Assembly: GCA_946965045.2 (NCBI GenBank)
Contig: OX337232.1
Location: 2,976,001 to 3,040,000, forward strand
Source of the DNA: Epithemia pelagica
Lineage: Eukaryota > Protista > Bacillariophyta
Direction of reading: 5' to 3'
Length of the DNA: 64,000 nucleotides
Every line of letters starts with the position of its first letter. Position 1 is the first letter of the stretch. Made by a program: the position numbers and the translations under genes. The notes below the pieces were generated by a model. That model ran no database searches, was not told where the DNA came from, and saw nothing but the letters and a program-made list of their open reading frames with translations. Below are positions 11,983 to 22,074 of this stretch, piece after piece.

Positions 11983-14900
11983 TCAGTCTTCATGCTCCAA
12001 TTTCTCCCGCAACATTTGTTCCACCAATTTCTCCAGAGCGCCAAGTCTCGCATCGGCATCAGAGTCATCCTCAACGGGACTCGGAGTATCAGAAGCGTTG
12101 TCTGCTGTATCCTCTTCACTTGGCAACGATGAGACAGATGTTCCCCTCTGTTCCGGCAAATGGTCAGAGGGTAATTCAAATGCTGAATCGTCCGGTTCTG
12201 TTTCAGCATTTACATCTGTCGAAGGTTCGTTTAGGAGAGTGGGTCTGTCTTGGTCAGCAACCGATTTCTCTGTCGATTCCCCTTCGACTGATAATGGCGA
12301 TGTCTGTTCGGTACAACTGCTTTCTGGTTCATCTGTATTGCCAGCCAGAAATTCTTCTTCCTTTCCATTGACTTGGAGCTGGGGTTCTGTTGCATCTGAA
12401 AGGGGACTCGGGTGCGTCGAGACTTCGAAGTCCGAAGCCATTTCGTCACCAGGACCACCTGACGAGCTGTTTCCCTTCTCTTCCTCGACTGATGACAAAG
12501 AGCTCTCGTCATCAGTGTAGCTGTATCCATTTCTTTTGCTATTGACAGCGTGGAATTCTTCGAATGACCGCTGGAGTTCAGACACCGCACGAGTGTTTTC
12601 ATCGCGTTCAGAAACGGCGAACGGTCCGAGTGAATAAGGACCCAGAGGCGACGATGCACGAGAATCAACATCATTGGATCTCGAAGGTTGGTCATTTTCC
12701 GATGCGTCTGTATTCAACAAACAAGAACTATCGTGTTCCTTAATTTCGACAGTCGGCGATTCCTGTCGCAAAGGATCATTCTCGGGTAAATCTTCTTCGT
12801 AGCCATTATGATTTGAAACAGGAACTGGCCCGATCAATGACAGGCCACTGAAAAAAGCAACATCCGACTCATCCGACATATCACGCTGTTCTGATTTATT
12901 CTCATTTCTTCTTGGGGACTCCTGTTGTGACATCTTGATGTTAGATACTTCACGAGCATTTGCATCAAGCTGAGAAACAGCGAATGGTCCGACTGAGTAA
13001 GGGCCGAGGGGTGATGCTGCGCCCCTATGCTGAACAGTTCTAAATCCTCCTTGGTCGGCCAAGGAGGAGGACACGTCGACCGTTGACCTTTTCCCATTTT
13101 TGTTGTCAGAGAGGGAGCTCTGAATGTTCTCTCCTGAGAGAGGTGGCTGTGAAACGAGTGCCGTCACGGGAGATGTGCTCTTTATTCTTGGAACTGCTTT
13201 CGGATCAACCACGGCATCGCCATTTATTTTTGTTGCACCGTTCCAGAACTTGCGCTTCTCCACTGGCTTCGCACCGTTGACAATTTCTTGAAACTCAGAC
13301 GCTCTTTGCTTGTTTTCCTGTGCCAAGCGATCATTCAACTTTTCCATTCCGTTAATCCTCTCACCATTATCTGACGAACTAAGGTATAGTTGGTTGATAT
13401 GACCGCTGTCAACCTCCTCTTCATTTGCCATTTCTTCATCTACCGCTAACAAAGATTTCATGTTTGGGCTATCTTCGTGGTAGAAATCGCTCGTTGAATA
13501 CGTATCAGCTTCCAACCTCAAAGAGGCGGACAGATCATGTGCAATTTCTGTCAACTCCGAATCATCGAATGGACCAAGCGCAAACGGATCATTCATCGAG
13601 AAGAAGTAGTCCTCGTGTTCGTGTCTTACTTCATACACCTTCTCCGATGCCGGCTCGGCCATCTCATCTGGTATATCTGCGGAATGCTGTTGGAGCGCAT
13701 TTTCCATTGCAAGTTTTTCTCTACGCAGTTGCTCTAATTCCATTTTCAAGGAGTCCAACTCGTCTGTCGATCCAGACAACGGCCCCGTCGTCGTTTCAAC
13801 ATCAAACAACTTGGATGGAATTTCTGAATCATCTGTGCTTGACGAGAGAGTAGACCCGCTTGATTCCGAATCAACTGACGAACTCACGGAGAAGAGTTCT
13901 TGTTGAAGACGTCGGTCCTCCTTTTCCTGTTCATCAAGAATAGACACCACCGATGTTGTTGATTTAGGGGCTTTGCAATTTTTCTTAGCAGTGGATCCAG
14001 GATCTCTCCTTCCATCGCTGAAGTTTGATTCTCCTGCGACTGGTTGCTCCGATTCGGGTAAAAATGCTTCCAGCTGTTCGGTCGTCTGGTAAACACCATT
14101 GATTCGTCGCTGGAGTTCAGTTTTTCTTGTCAACTTGTCGAATCGCATTTGTGCATTCTCTTTGACGGTATCAAGCCTGTCTGTGGGATAAGATGGATCA
14201 GCCCCTTCTTCGAGAGAATCTTTAAACATGTCGGGATAGTCGGATGAGGGTTGTTGTGTTGTTTTTTGGATAGACAGCGATGATTCGTCGACCCGCCTAT
14301 TTTCCTGCGGTTTCAATGGGGACGATGGAGCTGCCTGCACTGTACCACTGTCATATGATAGCTCGCGAAGCTTGGACTGGAAAGCAAATGGACCGAACGA
14401 AAGAGGGTCAAGGGATGAAGATGAATCAAGCTTTTCGACACGTTCGAACGATCCATCACCGGATACTTCTGATTTCCCTTCGAAGCCACCACTTTGTTTG
14501 TTAGGAAACGGGTCTTGAATAGAAAATAGCGTTGGATCGTTCGGTACACTTCTTTCTTCTCCCGAGCTAGATGAGCGTGTTGTCGCCACGGCACTGTCAC
14601 TGGCTCCAGTGGAAGGATCATAACGCCCTTGAAAGTTTAGTCTCATTCTAGGGTTCTTGTCGCTTGTCGGCCCCAATTTCGGTCGAGGATCCAGACTTTC
14701 TGTTCCGGGGCGGCGGAGCGTAGTTTTTCTCGTGCGGCTCTCTTCTCTCATTTTCTCCACCCTTCTCCTCAACGTTTCCAGCTTCTCCGCGGCGTCATCT
14801 GATTTGTCGGGAAAAGCTGTATTGCGTGATCGAGCCGAATTTCCCTGATTAATTCCTGCAAAACGACTCTTTTCAATGCGACTTGATTGAACCGCATCTT

Positions 14901-17900
14901 CTGTAGTCTTTGGACTGGGTCCAGAACGATTTCTCGTACCGTTCTCGGCGAACGAAGATATTCCAACGAACGAACTCATTGAGGGAGGGTTTGAAGTTGA
15001 TGCCGCTACACGGTCTTGAACGCGCTCAAATGCTCCATTTGCAGGGTAACGAGAAATGTCTTCATTCTGGCCGAGACGAGAATTTGGAGCCGTCTCTGGC
15101 TCGTTCAATCCTCGAGAATCATCCCTTGAACTATCAACACCACTCAATTCTGACCCTGTTTGAGACGTGCTCTGACGGGACGACTTGTTTCGACTTGAAG
15201 CTAGAGAGCAAAGAACGCGATCTTTGTCTTTCAGTTTGAGTATAAGGGGGGAATGAACTGGATTGATATCTTCACCATTTTCCAAGGTGAAATGAAGGGT
15301 ATGCGCGCGAACTCCTTTCATTTGTGCATACATTTCAAATAATTTCGACATTCGGGTGGATTTCCGAATCCGAAAAAAGGAATCCGTCCCACCTTGATCC
15401 CTCACCACAATAAAAATGAGCTCCCCATTGTTCGTTACACGAATGGTACCGCCTTGTTCTAATTTCAATGGCACGGGAGTATCCGATGGCTCAATGTCTT
15501 TGCCATCTTCTGTCATGAATCGGAGGCTCTCGCTGAGTACACCCTTGCCATCGGCATACATGTCAAAGAGTTTTGCCATTTTGGTTGAGCGTTTCACCTT
15601 GAAGGCTTCTTCCCCAATTTGATCCTTGATTCGTATGGTGATTAGTCCGTCATCATTAAAGCAACTAACCAAATCACCACCCCCCAAGCCCAGCTCACCG
15701 GCAGTTGACCATGGCTCAATTTCCCGGTTCCCGGACATGACAAATCGGAGACCGTCGATTTCGACTCCCTTGCGATCAGCATACATCTCGAACAACACAG
15801 ACATTTTCGCTGACCTATCAATATCAAAGACTGAAATCTCGTCACCGAAATGATCTTGTACCCGGATTGAGATAGATTGACCGTTGTTGCTGTAGCACGA
15901 AATCTCGTCTCCCTCAAACAAGTTGAGCGTCAGAGCGGTATCGTACGGCATGATTGTTCCTTTCCCATCCAAACTATATCGCACTGTATCAGGATCAAAG
16001 TCCTTTTGACTGGCGTGCATTTCCATTAAACGTTCCATGACAGTGCCTAGTTTGATCTGGTAAAAATTCCTTACCCCCATGGCATCCTTGACACATACTG
16101 TGATCCGGTCCCCACTGTTTCTTGAAGGCGGTACTCCTCCATTCATTTGAATTTCGTCCGTTATCAAAAGAGGTTGTGGTGGCATTGGAAGAGAAGTGAA
16201 TTCATCCGTCGGGTCTGAATCCGCGTCGAATGGTTCGGCATTTGGTATGGAGGGATCTCGGGTGAAGGGTGCCTCAGCCCCTGTCGCAAACGCATCAACA
16301 TCCGTTGTTGCAAACGACCGTGTGAAGGGTACATCAGCGCTGGGGTCATACGGAGTAACATCTGGTTCCTCAAACGTCGTGTCGGAATCGGAAATGAATG
16401 CATTGGTATCTGGTGGCGACGACCCCAGGTTGTAGAGCGCACCAGGAAAAGAGTTGAACGTCATGTTCGACGCAGATGCATCAAAGACGTTCGGGTCGAC
16501 TGGACTCGATGTTCGTACAAAGGGCGCGTCGGCTTCACTTTCGAACGAATTTGGATCGGAGGAATCATATTCGTCATATTCGTCGTCGAACGGCGCTTCC
16601 GTACTGTCCATGTCGAACTGATCGGAAGGAGAAGAGGCGTCATACATGGATTCAAAATTTTCGGACTCTGTATCGTCATTGAATAGCGCTTCTTCATCAT
16701 CATCCATGGGTCGCAAGAACGGAGCCGGCGCATTAATGTTGTCTTGACCTTCTTCCAACGATGGGTCATAATCGGTATCAAACGAAGATTCCGGATCGTC
16801 ATTGTACATATCATCAAAGGACTCTTCTTCCTCATCCTCATATATGTCGTCGTCGTCCAACGAGGGCGGTGGAGGCACACTCTCTGGCGCGTCGTTGTTG
16901 AATGAAACATTGTCCACGAATGGAGTATCATAAAGATAAGGCGAACTGGTGGCGTCAAAGGGCTCCTGTTCGTCCATGAAAAAGGGTACTCCTTGGCCGT
17001 CATTGTTGCCATTGTCGTAGACTTCACTGTCATTGTCATAGAGTTCATTGTCAACCAGGTCATTGTCGTACAGACTATTTTCGCCCAGGTTATTGTCGTC
17101 GAGGTTATTGTCGTAAAGTTCATTGTCGCCCACGTCATTGTCGTACAAATCATTGTCGTCCAGATCATTGTCATAGAGTTCATTGTCACCCAGGTCATTG
17201 CTGTACAGATTGTCGTCACCCAGGCCATTGTCGTACAGATAATTGTCATTCGGATTGTTGTCACCCAGGTCATTGTCGTATAGACTATTATCGTATAGAC
17301 TATTGTCACCCAGGTCATTGTCGTACAAGTCATTGTCATACAGGCCATTGTCGTAGAGAGTAGTGTCATAGAGGTCACTGTCCTCGTCCGTATTCAAAGT
17401 GTCCGAAGGGTTGTAAATGGGCGAGGGAGCTTCCTGATCGGCATAAAACGCTCCAAGTGTATCCGACATGGTATCGGACAAGGATGTGGGTTGTCCTGCT
17501 CCTCGTTTCTTTTCATTTTCCTCCATCCATTCGGCGACATCACTCCACGAATTGGGCCCCAACGACGATGACTGTGCAAAGTCATTTTCCTCATCATAAT
17601 CATCATCATCGTCATTGTATTCTGCCAAGGGATCCTCCCAGGTCCATACCGACCCCTTGACGGGTCTCTTTTTGTGATTACGGTCCGTGTTGCGGCCCGA
17701 TTTGGCATACCCCATGGCTCGCAATTCCTTGACTTGATCGACAAGTTTTTTGGTCGGCTCTTCCAACGAGGCTGCCACCTCATCGACCTTGTCGACGGTA
17801 TCTTCAATGGCGCGGGCCGTTTGGACCAGGACTTTGGACAGATTGTCGGTCGTATGGACCACGGCCCGACTGAGATTGCCCGTGGTGTGCGCGACAAATT

Positions 17901-19152
17901 GCGCCGCCTTGGTCAGGTTGCCGCGCGTCACTTCGACAAAGCGTGCGACATCCTGGGGATCAATCTGTTCGGCGGCATCGTTCAAGACCTTGACCACATC
18001 GGCCGCCGCCACGGCACAGGATCGTTCCGTTTCCGCCGCCACGGCAATGGCCGATCCCAAACTTTGGGTCGTGCGATCCAAAAAGCGGGCCACTTCCACG
18101 GCATCCGGGACGGGCACCAGTTGTTCACTTTGACGTTCCGACGTGCCCAATTGACGTTGAATCTCGAGCAATCGGCCAATGGATCGTCGGGCCCGTTTGT
18201 AAATTTCCAACGTCAAGTGAATATTGGCTCGTTCGAGGGCCAGGGAGGTACTACTACTGCTGCTGCCACGACGACGACCCGTGGCACTGCTTTCGCGAAA
18301 GTACAATTCCAATTCGGCCAACATGCGATTCAAATCCTGCCAAAATTGAGCCAAATCTTGCCAGACCATGGATCGCGATTGCAAATTGGCCACCCGTAGG
18401 GTTTCCAACGGCGGTGGCTCTTGTGGTGGTTCCGGCCACAATTTGAGTTTGTACTTGCTCACATAGGTCCGTCGCGTGCGACGACGGTTGCGTGGTTTGG
18501 CGGTTGGTGGGGGAGGTGGTGGTTCGTCTTCCTCTTCTTCTTCCTCTTCTTCTTGTTGTTGTTGTTTGCGAGACGATGGAGTCCAGGAGAGTCCCCAGGA
18601 TGGTTTCTGGGTTCGACGTGGATTCTGCTTCTTTTTCTTTTGTTGCTGCTTTTGGGTGGCGGCTTCGGCCTTGGCGTGCTCGGCGGCCACGAGTCGTTTG
18701 AGCAACAGTTCGTCTCGCGTTTGTTGTCGAAAAAACAGGGGATGTTCCATTTCCCGCAAGGCTCGTTCAATCACCATTAATTCATCCCGCAGTTCGGCCA
18801 AGATGGGATCGACTATCGGACGAGGTGGTGGTTCAGTGGCCTTGCTGCTACTGCTGCCCTTGTTGCGTCCCTTCCACATGGAGAGCGCATCGTGATCCTG
18901 TGCTGGTTTGGAAAGGGGGTTGGTGGTTGGAGGAGAACGGTCGGGACGTCGGGGTCGTCGTGTCAAAAAGTCACCACCCGACGACGACGACGAGGGTGGC
19001 GTCGTTTGAAAGGCCACGAGGGGCAGACGCAGGGCCGAGGCTGTGGTGGTACCTGGGGGCGGCTGGGACGAGGACCACCAAGAAGGGAGTAGTAGGAGCA
19101 AGAATGACACGACGACCACCCATTGTGTCGCGGCCCGCCGAACCACGTTCAT
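11983..19152 (-). CDS. 2389-aa protein: N-terminal hydrophobic signal-like segment, acidic pentapeptide array, four tandem SUMO-like (Rad60-SLD-type) domains
   Basis: Single ORF. WVVVVSFLLLLLPSWW near the N-terminus. Four units matching I.I.V.DQ.G....F.+...T.M..LF.MYA..KG.....L.F....G..I.P..T...L.L..GD.I at 15205..16110. Confidence 0.85.
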   Translation of the reverse strand: MNVVRRAATQWVVVVSFLLLLLPSWWSSSQPPPGTTTASALRLPLVAFQTTPPSSSSSGGDFLTRRPRRPDRSPPTTNPLSKPAQDHDALSMWKGRNKGSSSSKATEPPPRPIVDPILAELRDELMVIERALREMEHPLFFRQQTRDELLLKRLVAAEHAKAEAATQKQQQKKKKQNPRRTQKPSWGLSWTPSSRKQQQQEEEEEEEEDEPPPPPPTAKPRNRRRTRRTYVSKYKLKLWPEPPQEPPPLETLRVANLQSRSMVWQDLAQFWQDLNRMLAELELYFRESSATGRRRGSSSSSTSLALERANIHLTLEIYKRARRSIGRLLEIQRQLGTSERQSEQLVPVPDAVEVARFLDRTTQSLGSAIAVAAETERSCAVAAADVVKVLNDAAEQIDPQDVARFVEVTRGNLTKAAQFVAHTTGNLSRAVVHTTDNLSKVLVQTARAIEDTVDKVDEVAASLEEPTKKLVDQVKELRAMGYAKSGRNTDRNHKKRPVKGSVWTWEDPLAEYNDDDDDYDEENDFAQSSSLGPNSWSDVAEWMEENEKKRGAGQPTSLSDTMSDTLGAFYADQEAPSPIYNPSDTLNTDEDSDLYDTTLYDNGLYDNDLYDNDLGDNSLYDNSLYDNDLGDNNPNDNYLYDNGLGDDNLYSNDLGDNELYDNDLDDNDLYDNDVGDNELYDNNLDDNNLGENSLYDNDLVDNELYDNDSEVYDNGNNDGQGVPFFMDEQEPFDATSSPYLYDTPFVDNVSFNNDAPESVPPPPSLDDDDIYEDEEEESFDDMYNDDPESSFDTDYDPSLEEGQDNINAPAPFLRPMDDDEEALFNDDTESENFESMYDASSPSDQFDMDSTEAPFDDEYDEYDSSDPNSFESEADAPFVRTSSPVDPNVFDASASNMTFNSFPGALYNLGSSPPDTNAFISDSDTTFEEPDVTPYDPSADVPFTRSFATTDVDAFATGAEAPFTRDPSIPNAEPFDADSDPTDEFTSLPMPPQPLLITDEIQMNGGVPPSRNSGDRITVCVKDAMGVRNFYQIKLGTVMERLMEMHASQKDFDPDTVRYSLDGKGTIMPYDTALTLNLFEGDEISCYSNNGQSISIRVQDHFGDEISVFDIDRSAKMSVLFEMYADRKGVEIDGLRFVMSGNREIEPWSTAGELGLGGGDLVSCFNDDGLITIRIKDQIGEEAFKVKRSTKMAKLFDMYADGKGVLSESLRFMTEDGKDIEPSDTPVPLKLEQGGTIRVTNNGELIFIVVRDQGGTDSFFRIRKSTRMSKLFEMYAQMKGVRAHTLHFTLENGEDINPVHSPLILKLKDKDRVLCSLASSRNKSSRQSTSQTGSELSGVDSSRDDSRGLNEPETAPNSRLGQNEDISRYPANGAFERVQDRVAASTSNPPSMSSFVGISSFAENGTRNRSGPSPKTTEDAVQSSRIEKSRFAGINQGNSARSRNTAFPDKSDDAAEKLETLRRRVEKMREESRTRKTTLRRPGTESLDPRPKLGPTSDKNPRMRLNFQGRYDPSTGASDSAVATTRSSSSGEERSVPNDPTLFSIQDPFPNKQSGGFEGKSEVSGDGSFERVEKLDSSSSLDPLSFGPFAFQSKLRELSYDSGTVQAAPSSPLKPQENRRVDESSLSIQKTTQQPSSDYPDMFKDSLEEGADPSYPTDRLDTVKENAQMRFDKLTRKTELQRRINGVYQTTEQLEAFLPESEQPVAGESNFSDGRRDPGSTAKKNCKAPKSTTSVVSILDEQEKEDRRLQQELFSVSSSVDSESSGSTLSSSTDDSEIPSKLFDVETTTGPLSGSTDELDSLKMELEQLRREKLAMENALQQHSADIPDEMAEPASEKVYEVRHEHEDYFFSMNDPFALGPFDDSELTEIAHDLSASLRLEADTYSTSDFYHEDSPNMKSLLAVDEEMANEEEVDSGHINQLYLSSSDNGERINGMEKLNDRLAQENKQRASEFQEIVNGAKPVEKRKFWNGATKINGDAVVDPKAVPRIKSTSPVTALVSQPPLSGENIQSSLSDNKNGKRSTVDVSSSLADQGGFRTVQHRGAASPLGPYSVGPFAVSQLDANAREVSNIKMSQQESPRRNENKSEQRDMSDESDVAFFSGLSLIGPVPVSNHNGYEEDLPENDPLRQESPTVEIKEHDSSCLLNTDASENDQPSRSNDVDSRASSPLGPYSLGPFAVSERDENTRAVSELQRSFEEFHAVNSKRNGYSYTDDESSLSSVEEEKGNSSSGGPGDEMASDFEVSTHPSPLSDATEPQLQVNGKEEEFLAGNTDEPESSCTEQTSPLSVEGESTEKSVADQDRPTLLNEPSTDVNAETEPDDSAFELPSDHLPEQRGTSVSSLPSEEDTADNASDTPSPVEDDSDADARLGALEKLVEQMLREKLEHED
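17033..17377 (-). repeat. 15-bp coding repeat, xL(Y/G)DN pentapeptide x23
   Basis: Counted in translation from DLYDT to ELYDN. Confidence 0.9.
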
Positions 19153-19423
19153 TCCTTGGTGCGGTGCCGTCCGTCGAAACAGTGGTGCGACGACGACGAC
19201 ACCCTTGTTGTCACGCTCGACTCTTGGTTTCGTCTTTATGTTTCAGGAAGAGTTGCAATGGATACGCAGAAGATGCAGCAACTGCGGCTTGCCTCGGGTT
19301 GCCATTGGAATAGAGAGACGCTTGTCTATATGTTCGTCGTTTGGATTCTCTTGAATGGTTGTTTTTCTACGGTCTTCCCTCGCTCTCGTTCGGTGTGTGT
19401 CGTTGTTCGGTTCTCGGTTCGTA

Positions 19424-19441
19424 TGTGTGTGTGTGTGTGTG
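19424..19441. repeat. (TG)9 microsatellite
   Basis: Direct reading. Confidence 0.8.
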
Positions 19442-20004
19442 GTGCCTTCTGTCTTCTGTGTTTCTGTGGTTGCCTTTGGAGGAGCAATTGTTGCTGTCTT
19501 GGGGGCAAGTTCGTTGGAAGCGAGAAGCGACCGACCATTTCTGACACACACCGTGTCAGAAGCCGAACGTACTTTCTGGCAGTACCGAATGCGACAAAGG
19601 AACAGAGGAACACCGCGAAATTGCGTTTTGCGTTCTGGGTCGAGAATTGGATGGCAAATGGCAAACCAAAATCCCAAATCATCCAACCCACCGTGATGTG
19701 GAACCAAACTGCTAAGCTAGCTAGAATAAGATAATACTCCTAGAAACTATCAAGATTACGATTGAGTGTGATCCATGTTCATTGATTTAGGGCAATGTTA
19801 TTCTTTATCTACGTAGCTAATTGCTAATTGTGATCGGTGTGCATCCTCAATCCTCAGCCCTTCGTGTGCTATGCACTGCTATGTGACACAACAAACCAAT
19901 GCACTGATAGAATGAAAAAATGAGATGGAGACAAACGACACACACACAACATAGGATTAACTACGATGAAGCTAGCCAAATAATGAGGATAAGCTGAAAA
20001 CTCA

Positions 20005-20277
20005 AAACGGCAGATTGGAGCTAAACGGCAGATCGGAGCTAAACGGCAGATCGGAGCTAAACGGAAGAAAGGCGCTAAACGGAAGAAAGGCGCTAAACGG
20101 AAGGAGCTACGAGAAAACACGTAGGATTTTGTACTAGGAGGCGTTAAACGGCAGAAAGGCGCTAAACGGCAGAAAGGCGCTAAACGGCAGATCGGAGCTA
20201 AACGGCAGATCGGAGCTAAACGGCAGATCGGAGCTAAACGGCAGATTGGAGCTAATCGGCAGATCAGAGCTAAACGG
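20005..20277. repeat. 18-bp minisatellite GCTAAACGGCAGATCGGA in two blocks (6 + 8 cores) split by a unique spacer
   Basis: AAACGG cores every 18 bp at 20005-20095 and 20146-20272. Confidence 0.9.
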
Positions 20278-22074
20278 TAGAGCACGTAGTAAGTAGGACT
20301 GATCCATGACCATTTAATATCCCGGTTTGAATTTTTAGCTTGAGCCTTCTTAGCAATGATTCTGTCTTCTTTATGTGCTGATCCCCGAGTCGCTCACACC
20401 AACTCTATGTCTTGGGTCTTGGACAAATTTTTAAACTCTGTAGCTACTAGTTCTGCGACTCAATCTTATTCGGTTGCTAATGAATGTTCTATTTGTCTAT
20501 TTGGATGCTAATTGATTGTATCTATAGAGGTCAACAGTTTAAGCTGCAGTTCTACCTGTTACGAGCCACTGCTACGAGTGTCATCTTGTCTCGACGTTGC
20601 GGACCATCAGGCGCAAAAGGCAATTTCGCGATGTTCCAGAAAGACGGACGTGACGTCAAAACATAAAAAATGACGCACCCGCCAATCGTTCGAGCTGATT
20701 GGACTCGCGCTTCTTCGGTGGGGGAAGCTAACAGAGCTATCTGGAGAACGGATGCCGATGGCTGGGAATGGAGTCAAATTCGAAATGAAATCTCAACACT
20801 CTATATCCATGAACGGAATACGCAATTACGTGAAACAACGTTGGATCCAAACCACAACAAGTTTCTTTGATCTATGTAGTACAGTTCTACGGGCACCATC
20901 GAGATACGACACTCCTACGAATAGAGAGATGGAGTGTGCGAAGCGGGAATCTCTGGTCTAGCCTTGTGCTCATCCCTGTACCCGTTTTCCTCTCGGCTAC
21001 AACTCTTTGCAAAGAGGTTCTACTGCCAAGACACAGTTCGACGGTCGAGTTTGGACATTCTCTGTGACGGCATTTTGGTTGCATTAGGTTTGGTGCAATC
21101 GTTTCAGGGTCTCTACTTTGCCGTCCTGCGCTTCTGGATCCTCGAGCCATTTCTTCTGTCAAAGGCCGACAAGTTCGATGGACGATTGGTTGCTATCGTA
21201 AAAGCAGGGACGGGTCCATGTCTAAGTGAAAAAAAGTGGTAGTCTATTTTAACGCTGCCGTGCTTATCCACGCGGAATAAGTCGACCGACGCGCCCGGCC
21301 CCAGGAGGGCGAGGACTAACAAGATAGGGATATTATGTGGAAGTGTAGTGGAACGGAGAATGACTGGTGCCCAGGTGGCAAGCCAAGCCTGGAGAGAGGA
21401 TGAAGTTGGAAATGTTCGTCTGGAGTAGAGTAGAAGACTTGTTGAATCTCAGTGGGAACAGATAAGCGATGAGCATACAGACGACGAATTTCTCGTTGAG
21501 CAAGTACACAAGCAGCGACTTCTCGAGTGGCGGAATCACGGCCATGAACATCTTCATTTCGTCGTAGTCAAAGAGAGAACAGTCAAAGAGAGAACGTGTG
21601 GGAGAATATAAGTTTGATGGTGCCGGTGACAAAGACCCGGCCAGATATAAAGGAGGAAGAGATCCCGAGGGAGGAGAGATGAATCCTGCAAGGGTCCATG
21701 TCTAAGTGGACTACCTACCCAGGGTTGATGGGTCGCTCTGCGCCATGCGACCGAACGCGGCGGGAGAGCCAGAAATAATTAATCCGTTGGAAATTTTACC
21801 ACTTAACTACAACCGCCGGTAGCACCTTCTCGACCCGGCGCACCTTCCGGCGTCGGTCGTCCTGATCGTTCTCGTACTTGTTTCGAGGGTCTTGGAAAGA
21901 TACGTAAGGGGTCCTGCGTTGGGATTGGCACACGGGAATAAATATTGGCCGAACATGATCCATCATCATTCATCGTGGGTGTCGGCTTGAGAGTTTTGGG
22001 TGGGAAAGGATCCCACACCACCTCTTATGTATATAAAGATGATATGAGCGACGAACCAGGGGGACCCCATCAGA

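Noticed and set aside
20005-20277. CRISPR-like array
   Set aside because: Units are contiguous with no unique spacers, there are no cas genes, and the context is eukaryotic; the same applies to the 21-bp array at 51787.
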